NCBI GenBank assembly: GCA_964016885.1
Contig: OZ024744.1
Coordinates: 4,154,001 to 4,218,000 of the forward strand
Direction of reading: 5' to 3'
Origin: Eledone cirrhosa
Taxonomy: Eukaryota
DNA: 64,000 bases
Below are positions 52,101-62,370 of the stretch, piece after piece. Each line of letters begins with the position of its first letter. Position 1 is the first letter of the stretch. The position numbers were made by a program, and so were the translations under genes. The notes below the pieces were generated by a model, which saw nothing but the letters and a program-made list of their open reading frames with translations, ran no database searches and had not been told where the DNA came from.

Positions 52101-53040
52101 TAGAGAAAGATAGCTTGGTGAAGAACGAAGTTTTGGGAGAAGACAAGGTAGAGAAAGATATCTTGGTGAAGAACGAAGTTTTGACGGAAGACAAGGTAGA
52201 GAAAGATAGCTTGGTGAAGAATGACGTTTTGTGGGAAGACAAGGTAGAGAAAGATAGCTTGGTGAAGAACGAAGTTTTGTGTGAAGACAAGCTAGAGAAA
52301 GATAGCTTGGTGAAGAACGAAGTTTTGAGGGAAGACAAGGTAGAGAAAGATAGCTTGGTGAATAACGAAGTTTTGGGAGAAGACAAGGTAGAGAAAGATA
52401 GCTTGGTGAAGAACGAAGTTTTGGGGGAAGACAAGGTAGAGAAAGATAGCTTGGTGAAGAACGAAGTTTTGAGGGAAGACAAGGTAGCGAAAGATAGCTT
52501 GGTGAATAACGAAGTTTTGGGCGAAGACAAGGTCGAGAAAGATAGCTTGGTGAAGAACGAAATTTTGAGGGAAGACAAGGTAGAGAATGATAGCTTGGTG
52601 AAGAACGACGTTTTGAGGGAAGACAAAATAGAGAAAGATAGCTTGGTCAAGAACGACGTTTTGTGGGATGACAAGGTAGAGAAAGATGACTTGGTGAAGA
52701 ACGAAGTTTTGGGGGAAGACAAGGTAGATAAAGATAGCTTGGTGAAGAACGAAGTTTTGGGGGAAGACAAGGTAGAGAAAGATAGCTTGGTGAAGAACGA
52801 CGTTTTGAGGGAAGACAAGGTAGAGAAAGATAGCTTGGTGTAGAACGAAGTTTTGGGGAAGACAATGTAGAGAAAGATAGCTTGGTGAAGAACGGAGTTT
52901 TGGGGGAAGACAAGGTAGAGAAAGATAGCTTGGTGAAGAACGAAGTTCTGAGGGAAGACAAGGTAGAGAAAGATAGCTTGGTGAAGAACGACGTTTTGTG
53001 GGAAGACAAGGTAGAGAAAGATATCTTCGTGAAGAACGAA
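41470..53040 (+). repeat. Tandem 122-monomer (5850 bp) duplication, the longest duplicated block in the window
   Basis: ORFs 42477/48327, 43148/48998, 44796/50646, 46169/52019, 47032/52882; private GGGGTAGAC at ~45903/51753 and GAGAGAGAT at ~46062/51912. Confidence 0.92.
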
Positions 53041-55070
53041 GTTTTGACGGAAGACAAGGTAGAGAAAGATAGCTTGCGAAGAACGAAGTTTTGGGGGAAG
53101 ACAAGGTAGAGAAAGATAGCTTGGTGAAGAACGAAGTTTTGTGGGAGGACAAGGTAGAGAAAGATAGCTTGGTGAAGAACGACGTTTTGAGGGAAGACAA
53201 GGTAGAGAAAGGTAGCTTGGTGAAGAACGAAGTTTTGACGGAAGACAAGGTAGAGAAAGATAGCTTGGTGAAGAATGACGTTTTGTGGGAAGACAATGTA
53301 GAGAAAGATAGCTTGGTGAAGAACGAAGTTTTGAGGAAAGACAAGGTAGAGAAAGATAGCTTGGTGAATAACGAAGTTTTGGGGGAAGACAAGGTAGAGA
53401 AAGATAGCTTGGTGAAGAACAAAGTTTTGGGGGAAGACAAGGTAGAGAAAGATAGCTTGGTGAAGAACGAAGTTTTGAGGGAAGACGAGGTAGAGAAAGA
53501 TAGCTTGGTGAAGAACGAAGTTTTGGGGGAAGACAAGGAAGAGAAAGATAGCTTGGTGAAGAACGAAGTTTTGGGGGAAGACAAGGTAGAGAAAGATAGC
53601 TTGGTGAAGAACGACGTTTTGAGGGAAGACAAGGTCGTGAAAGATAGCTTGGTGAAGAACGAAGTTTTGGGGAAGACAATGTAGAGAAAGATAGCTTGGT
53701 GAAGAACGAAGTTTTGGGGGAAGACAAGGTAGAGAAAGATAGCTTGGTGAAGAACGAAGTTCTGAGGGAAGACAAGGTAGAGAAAGATAGCTTGGTGAAG
53801 AACGAAGTTTTGGGAGAAGACAAGGTAGAGAAAGATATCTTGGTGAAGAACGAAGTTTTGACGGAAGACAAGGTAGAGAAAGATAGCTTGGTGAAGAATG
53901 ACGTTTTGTGGGAAGACAAGGTAGAGAAAGATAGCTTGGTGAAGAACGAAGTTTTGTGTGAAGACAAGCTAGAGAAAGATAGCTTGGTGAAGAACGAAGT
54001 TTTGAGGGAAGACAAGGTAGAGAAAGATAGCTTGGTGAATAACGAAGTTTTGGGAGAAGACAAGGTAGAGAAAGATAGCTTGGTGAAGAACGAAGTTTTG
54101 GGGGAAGACAAGGTAGAGAAAGATAGCTTGGTGAAGAACGAAGTTTTGAGGGAAGACAAGGTAGCGAAAGATAGCTTGGTGAATAACGAAGTTTTGGGCG
54201 AAGACAAGGTCGAGAAAGATAGCTTGGTGAAGAACGAAATTTTGAGGGAAGACAAGGTAGAGAATGATAGCTTGGTGAAGAACGACGTTTTGAGGGAAGA
54301 CAAAATAGAGAAAGATAGCTTGGTCAAGAACGACGTTTTGTGGGATGACAAGGTAGAGAAAGATGACTTGGTGAAGAACGAAGTTTTGGGGGAAGACAAG
54401 GTAGATAAAGATAGCTTGGTGAAGAACGAAGTTTTGGGGGAAGACAAGGTAGAGAAAGATAGCTTGGTGAAGAACGACGTTTTGAGGGAAGACAAGGTAG
54501 AGAAAGATAGCTTGGTGTAGAACGAAGTTTTGGGGAAGACAATGTAGAGAAAGATAGCTTGGTGAAGAACGGAGTTTTGGGGGAAGACAAGGTAGAGAAA
54601 GATAGCTTGGTGAAGAACGAAGTTCTGAGGGAAGACAAGGTAGAGAAAGATAGCTTGGTGAAGAACGACGTTTTGTGGGAAGACAAGGTAGAGAAAGATA
54701 TCTTCGTGAAGAACGAAGTTTTGACGGAAGACAAGGTAGAGAAAGATAGCTTGCGAAGAACGAAGTTTTGGGGGAAGACAAGGTAGAGAAAGATAGCTTG
54801 GTGAAGAACGAAGTTTTGTGGGAGGACAAGGTAGAGAAAGATAGCTTGGTGAAGAACGACGTTTTGAGGGAAGACAAGGTAGAGAAAGGTAGCTTGGTGA
54901 AGAACGAAGTTTTGACGGAAGACAAGGTAGAGAAAGATAGCTTGGTGAAGAATGACGTTTTGTGGGAAGACAATGTAGAGAAAGATAGCTTGGTGAAGAA
55001 CGAAGTTTTGAGGAAAGACAAGGTAGAGAAAGATAGCTTGGTGAATAACGAAGTTTTGGGGGAAGACAAG
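51950..55070 (+). repeat. 35-monomer (1677 bp) duplication
   Basis: ORFs 52019/53696, 52882/54559, 53091/54768; shared AAAGGTAGC, AGGAAAGAC and GGTCAAG variants. Confidence 0.88.
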
Positions 55071-55519
55071 GTCGAAAAAGATAGCTTGGTGATGAACGAA
55101 GTTTTGAGAGAAGACAAGGTAGAGAAAGATAGCTTGGTGAAGAACGAAGTTTTGGGGGAAGTCAAGGTAGAGAAAGATAGCTTGGTGAAGAACGAAGTTT
55201 TGAGGGAAGACAAGTTAGAGAAAGATAGCTTGGTGAAGAACGACGTTTTGTGGGAAGACAAGGTAGAGAAAGATAGCTTGGTGAAGAACGAAGTTTTGTG
55301 GGAAGACAAGGTAGAGAAAGATAGCTTGGTGAAGAACGAAGTTTTGGGGGAAGACAAGGTAGAGAAAGATAGCTTGGTGAAGAACGAAGTTTTGGGGGAA
55401 GACGAGGTAGAGAAAGATAGCTTGGTGAACAACGAAGTTTTGGTGGAAGACAAGGTAGAGAAAGATAGCTTGGTGAAGAACGAAGTTTTGGGGAAGACAA
55501 TGTAGAGAAAGATAGCTTG

Positions 55520-58500
55520 GTGAAGAACGAAGTTTTGGGGGAAGACAAGTTAGAGAAAGATAGCTTGGTGAAGAACGAAGGTTTGAGGGAAGACAAGGTA
55601 GAGAAAGATAGCTTGGTGAACAACGAAGTTTTGGGAGAAGACAAGGTAGAGAAAGATAGCTTGGTGAAGAACGACTTTTTGAGGGAAGACAAGGTAGAGA
55701 AAGATAGCTTGGTGAAGAACGAAGTTTTGGGGAAGACAATGTAGAGAAAGATAGCTTGGTGAAGAACGAAGTTTTGGGGGAAGACAAGGTAGAGAAAGAT
55801 AGCTTGTTGAAGAACGAAGTTCTGAGGGAAGACAAGGTAGAGAAAGATAGCTTGGTGAAGAACGAAGTTTTGGGAGAAGACAAGGTAGAGAAAGATATCT
55901 TGGTGAAGAACGAAGTTTTGACGGAAGACAAGGTAGAGAAAGATAGCTTGGTGAAGAACGACGTTTTGTGGGAAGACAAGGTAGAGAAAGATAGCTTGGT
56001 GAAGAACGAAGTTTTGTGGGAAGACAAGGTAGAGAAAGATAGCTTGGTGAAGAACGAAGTTTTGGGGGAAGACAAGGTAGAGAAAGATAGCTTGGTGAAG
56101 AACGAAGTTTTGGGGGAACACGAGGTAGAGAAAGATAGCTTGGTGAACAACGAAGTTTTGGGGGAAGACAAGGTAGAGAAAGATAGCTTGGTGAATAACG
56201 AAGTTTTGGGAGAAGACAAGGTAGAGACAGATAGCTTGGTGAAGAACGATGTTTTGAGGGAAGACAAGGTAGAGAAAGATAGTTTGGTGAAGAACGAAGT
56301 TTTGGGGGAAAAAAAGGTAGAGAAAGATAGCTTGGTGAAGAACGACGTTTTGTGGGAAGACAAGGTAGAGAAAGATAGCTTGGTGAAGAACGAAGTTTTG
56401 GGGGAAGACAAGGTAGAGAAAGATAGCTTGGTGAAGAACGAAGTTTTGAGGGAATGCAAAGTAGAGAAAGATAGCTTGATCAAGAACGAAGTTTTGAGGG
56501 AAGACAAGGTAGAGAAAGATAGCTTGATGAAGAACGGAGTTTTGAGGGAAGACAAGATGGAGAAAGATAGCTTGGTGAAGAACGAAGTTTTGAGGGAAGA
56601 CAAGGTAGAGAAAGATAGCTTGGTGAATAACGAAGTTTTGGGGGAAGACAAGGTAGAGAAAGATAGCTTGGTGAATAACGAAGTTTTGGGAGAAGACAAG
56701 GTCGAGAAAGATAGCTTGGTGAAGAACGAAATTTTGAGGGAAGACAAGGTAGAGAAAGATAGCTTGGTGAAGAACGACGTTTTGAGGGAAGACAAAATAG
56801 AGAAAGATAGCTTGGTGAAGAACGACGTTTTGTGGGATGACAAGGTAGAGAAAGATGACTTGGTGAAGAACGAAGTTTTGGGGGAAGACAAGGTAGATAA
56901 AGATAGCTTGGTGAAGAACGAAGTTTTGGGGGAAGACAAGGTAGAGAAAGATAGCTTGGTGAAGAACGACGTTTTGAGGGAAGACAAGGTAGAGAAAGAT
57001 AGCTTGGTGAAGAACGAAGTTTTGAGGGAAGACAAGGTAGCGAAAGATAGCTTGGTGAATAACGAAGTTTTGGGGGAAGACAAGGTAGAGAAAGATAGCT
57101 TGGTGAATAACGAAGTTTTGGGGGAAGACAAGGTAGAGAAAGATAGCTTGGTGAAGAACGAAGTTCTGAGGGAAGACAAGGTAGAGAAAGATAGCTTGGT
57201 GAAGAACGACGTTTTGTGGGAAGACAAGGTAGAGAAAGATATCTTGGTGAAGAAGGAAGTTTTGACGGAAGACAAGGTAGAGAAAGATAGCTTGCGAAGA
57301 ACGAAGTTTTGGGGGAAGACAAGGTAGAGAAAGATAGCTTGGTGAAGAACGAAGTTTTGTGGGAGGACAAGGTAGAGAAAGATAGCTTGGTGAAGAACGA
57401 CGTTTTGAGGGAAGACAAGGTAGAGAAAGATAGCTTGGTGAAGAACGAAGTTTTGACGGAAGACAAGGTAGAGAAAGATAGCTTGGTGAAGAATGACGTT
57501 TTGTGGGAAGACAAGGTAGAGAAAGATAGCTTGGTGAAGAACGAAGTTTTGAGGGAAGACAAGGTAGAGAAAGATAGCTTGGTGAATAACGAAGTTTTGG
57601 GGGAAGACAAGGTCGAAAAAGATAGCTTGGTGAAGAACGAAGTTTTGAGGGAAGACAAGGTAGAGAAAGATAGCTTGGTGAAGAACGAAGTTTTGGGGGA
57701 AGACAAGGTAGAGAAAGATAGCTTGGTGAAGAACGAAGTTTTGAGGGAAGACAAGGTAGAGAAAGATAGCTTGGTGAAGAACGACGTTTTGTGGGAAGAC
57801 AAGGTAGAGAAAGATAGCTTGGTGAAGAACGAAGTTTTGTGGGAAGACAAGGTAGAGAAAGATAGCTTGGTGAAGAACGAAGTTTTGGGGGAAGACAAGG
57901 TAGAGAAAGATAGCTTGGTGAAGAACGAAGTTTTGGGGGAAGACGAGGTAGAGAAAGATAGCCTGGTGAACAACGAAGTTTTGGGGGAAGACAAGGTAGA
58001 GAAAGATAGCTTGGTGAAGAACGAAGTTTTGGGGGAAGACAAGGTAGAGAAAGATAGCTTGGTGAAGAACGACGTTTTGAGGGAAGACAAGTTAGAGAAA
58101 GATAGCTTGGTGAAGAACGAAGTTTTGACGGAAGACAAGGTAGAGAAAGATAGCTTGGTGAAGAATGACGTTTTGTGGGAAGACAAGGTAGAGAAAGATA
58201 GATTCGTGAAGAACGAAGTTTTGTATGAAGACAAGCTAGAGAAAGATAGCTTGGTGAAGAACGAAGTTTTAGGGGAAGACAAGGTAGAGAAAGATAGCTT
58301 GGTGAAGAACGAAGTTTTGGGGGAAGACAAGGTAGAGAAAGATAGCTTGGTGAAGAACAAAGTTTTGGGGGAAGACAAGGTAGAGAAAGATAGCTTGGTG
58401 AAGAACGAAGTTTTGAGGGAAGACGAGGTAGAGAAAGATAGCTTGGTGAAGAACGAAGTTTTGGGGGAAGACAAGGTAGAGAAAGATAGCTTGGTGAAGA

Positions 58501-61500
58501 ACGAAGTTTTGGGGGAAGACAAGGTAGAGAAAGATAGCTTGGTGAAGAACGACGTTTTGAGGGAAGACAAGGTCGTGAAAGATAGCTTGGTGAAGAACGA
58601 AGTTTTGGGGAAGACAATGTAGAGAAAGATAGCTTGGTGAAGAACGAAGTTTTGGGGGAAGACAAGGTAGAGAAAGATAGCTTGGTGAAGAACGAAGTTC
58701 TGAGGGAAGACAAGGTAGAGAAAGATAGCTTGGTGAAGAACGAAGTTTTGGGAGAAGACAAGGTAGAGAAAGATATATTGGTGAAGAACGAAGTTTTGAC
58801 GGAAGACAAGGTAGAGAAAGATAGCTTGGTGAAGAATGACGTTTTGTGGGAAGCCAAGGTAGAGAAAGATAGCTTGGTGAAGAACGAAGTTTTGTGTTAA
58901 GACAAGCTAGAGAAAGATAGCTTGGTGAAGAACGAAGTTTTGAGGGAAGACAAGGTAGAGAAAGATAGCTTGGTGAATAACGAAGTTTTGGGAGAAGACA
59001 AGGTAGAGAAAGATAGCTTGGTGAAGAACGAAGTTTTGGGGGAAGACAAGGTAGAGAAAGATAGCTTTGTTAAGAACGAAGTTTTGAGGGAAGACAAGGT
59101 AGCGAAAGATAGCTTGGTGAATAACGAAGTTTTGGGCGAAGACAAGGTAGAGAAAGATAGCTTGGTGAATAACGAAGTTTTGGGAGAAGACAAGGTCGAG
59201 AAAGATAGCTTGGTGAAGAACGAAATTTTGAGGGAAGACAAGGTAGAGAATGATAGCTTGGTGAAGAACGACGTTTTGAGGGAAGACAAAATAGAGAAAG
59301 ATAGCTTGGTGAAGAACGACGTTTTGTGGGATGACAAGGTAGAGAAAGATGACTTGGTGAAGAACGAAGTTTTGGGGGAAGACAAGGTAGATAAAGACAG
59401 CTTGGTGAAGAACGAAGTTTTGGGGGAAGACAAGGTAGAGAAAGATAGCTTGGTGAAGAACGACGTTTTGAGGGAAGACAAGGTAGAGAAAGATAGCTTG
59501 GTGAAGAACGAAGTTTTGGGGAAGACAATGTAGAGAAAGATAGCTTGGTGAAGAACGAAGTTTTGGGGGAAGACAAGGTAGAGAAAGATAGCTTGGTGAA
59601 GAACGAAGTTCTGAGGGAAGACAAGGTAGAGAAAGATAGCTTGGTGAAGAACGACGTTTTGTGGGAAGACAAGGTAGAGAAAGATATCTTGGTGAAGAAC
59701 GAAGTTTTGACGGAAGTCAAGGTAGAGAAAGATAGCTTGCGAAGAACGAAGTTTTGGGGGAAGACAAGGTAGAGAAAGATAGCTTGGTGAAGAACGAAGT
59801 TTTGTGGGAGAACAAGGTAGAGAAAGATAGCTTGGTGAAGAACGACGTTTTGAGGGAAGACAAGGTAGAGAAAGGTAGCTTGGTGAAGAACGAAGTTTTG
59901 ACGGAAGACAAGGTAGAGAAAGATAGCTTGGTGAAGAATGACGTTTTGTGGGAGGACAATGTAGAGAAAGATAGCTTGGTGAAGAACGAAGTTTTGAGGA
60001 AAGACAAGGTAGAGAAAGATAGCTTGGTGAATAACGAAGTTTTGGGGGAAGACAAGGTCGAAAAAGATAGCTTGGTGAAGAACGAAGTTTTGAGAGAAGA
60101 CAAGGTAGAGAAAGATAGCTTGGTGAAGAACGAAGTTTTGGGGGAAGACAAGGTAGAGAAAGATAGCTTGGTGAAGAACGAAGTTTTGAGGGAAGACAAG
60201 TTAGAGAAAGATAGCTTGGTGAAGAACGACGTTTTGTGGGAAGACAAGGTAGAGAAAGATAGCTTGGTGAAGAAGGAAGTTTTGACGGAAGACAAGGTAG
60301 AGAAAGATAGCTTGCGAAGAACGAAGTTTTGGGGGAAGACAAGGTAGAGAAAGATAGCTTGGTGAAGAACGAAGTTTTGTGGGAGGACAAGGTAGAGAAA
60401 GATAGCTTGGTGAAGAACGACGTTTTGAGGGAAGACAAGGTAGAGAAAGATAGCTTGGTGAAGAACGAAGTTTTGACGGAAGACAAGGTAGAGAAAGATA
60501 GCTTGGTGAAGAATGACGTTTTGTGGGAAGACAAGGTAGAGAAAGATAGCTTGGTGAAGAACGAAGTTTTGAGGGAAGACAAGGTAGAGAAAGATAGCTT
60601 GGTGAATAACGAAGTTTTGGGGGAAGACAAGGTCGAAAAAGATAGCTTGGTGAAGAACGAAGTTTTGAGGGAAGACAAGGTAGAGAAAGATAGCTTGGTG
60701 AAGAACGAAGTTTTGGGGGAAGACAAGGTAGAGAAAGATAGCTTGGTGAAGAACGAAGTTTTGAGGGAAGACAAGGTAGAGAAAGATAGCTTGGTGAAGA
60801 ACGACGTTTTGTGGGAAGACAAGGTAGAGAAAGATAGCTTGGTGAAGAACGAAGTTTTGTGGGAAGACAAGGTAGAGAAAGATAGCTTGGTGAAGAACGA
60901 AGTTTTGGGGGAAGACAAGGTAGAGAAAGATAGCTTGGTGAAGAACGAAGTTTTGGGGGAAGACGAGGTAGAGAAAGATAGCCTGGTGAACAACGAAGTT
61001 TTGGGGGAAGACAAGGTAGAGAAAGATAGCTTGGTGAAGAACGAAGTTTTGGGGGAAGACAAGGTAGAGAAAGATAGCTTGGTGAAGAACGATGTTTTGG
61101 GGGAAGACAAGGTAGAGAAAGATAGCTTGGTGAAGAACGACGTTTTGAGGGAAGACAAGTTAGAGAAAGATAGCTTGGTGAAGAACGAAGTTTTGACGGA
61201 AGACAAGGTAGAGAAAGATAGCTTGGTGAAGAATGACGTTTTGTGGGAAGACAAGGTAGAGAAAGATAGCTTGGTGAAGAACGAAGTTTTATATGAAGAC
61301 AAGCTAGAGAAAGATAGCTTGGTGAAGAACGAAGTTTTAGGGGAAGACAAGGTAGAGAAAGATAGCTTGGTGAAGAACGAAGTTTTGGGGGAAGACAAGG
61401 TAGAGAAAGATAGCTTGGTGAAGAACAAAGTTTTGGGGGAAGACAAGGTAGAGAAAGATAGCTTGGTGAAGAACGAAGTTTTGAGGGAAGACGAGGTAGA

Positions 61501-62370
61501 GAAAGATAGCTTGGTGAAGAACGAAGTTTTGGGGGAAGACAAGGTAGAGAAAGATAGCTTGGTGAAGAACGAAGTTTTGGGGGAAGACAAGTTAGAGAAA
61601 GATAGCTTGGTGAAGAACGAAGGTTTGAGGGAAGACAAGGTAGAGAAAGATAGCTTGGTGAATAACGAAGTTTTGGGAGAAGACAAGGTAGAGAAAGATA
61701 GCTTGGTGAAGAACGACTTTTTGAGGGAAGACAAGGTAGAGAAAGATAGCTTGGTGAAGAACGAAGTTTTGGGGAAGACAATGTAGAGAAAGATAGCTTG
61801 GTGAAGAACGAAGTTTTGGGGGAAGACAAGGTAGAGAAAGATAGCTTGTTGAAGAACGAAGTTCTGAGGGAAGACAAGGTAGAGAAAGATAGCTTGGTGA
61901 AGAACGAAGTTTTGGGAGAAGACAAGGTAGAGAAAGATATCTTGGTGAAGAACGAAGTTTTGACGGAAGACAAGGTAGAGAAAGATAGCTTGGTGAAGAA
62001 CGACGTTTTGTGGGAAGACAAGGTAGAGAAAGATAGCTTGGTGAAGAACGAAGTTTTGTGGGAAGACAAGGTAGAGAAAGATAGCTTGGTGAAGAACGAA
62101 GTTTTGGGGGAAGACAAGGTAGAGAAAGATAGCTTGGTGAAGAACGAAGTTTTGGGGGAACACGAGGTAGAGAAAGATAGCTTGGTGAACAACGAAGTTT
62201 TGGGGGAAGACAAGGTAGAGAAAGATAGCTTGGTGAATAACGAAGTTTTGGGAGAAGACAAGGTAGAGACAGATAGCTTGGTGAAGAACGATGTTTTGAG
62301 GGAAGACAAGGTAGAGAAAGATAGTTTGGTGAAGAACGAAGTTTTGGGGGAAAAAAAGGTAGAGAAAGAT
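55520..62370 (+). repeat. Diverged block ~55520-56330 repeated at ~61560-62370 (offset 6042 = 126 monomers minus 6 nt)
   Basis: Rare variants GAAGGTTTG, GACTTTTTG, TTGTTG, GAACACGAG, GAGACAGAT, GAAAAAAAG occur in the same order in both copies; ORFs 55756/61798. Confidence 0.88.
57255..61560 (+). repeat. HOR duplication: ~57255-58500 repeated at ~60275-61560 (offset 3020 = 63 monomers minus 4 nt)
   Basis: ORFs 57309/60329 are collinear apart from one extra monomer; a further partial copy starts at ~63200. Confidence 0.82.

Noticed and set aside
41470-53040. Large duplications as pure assembly artefacts
   Set aside because: Copies carry private differences (e.g. AAGTAC at ~43154 vs AAGAAC at ~49004; AGG at ~45183 vs GGG at ~51033) and markers are spatially ordered. 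This is not fully excluded without raw reads.
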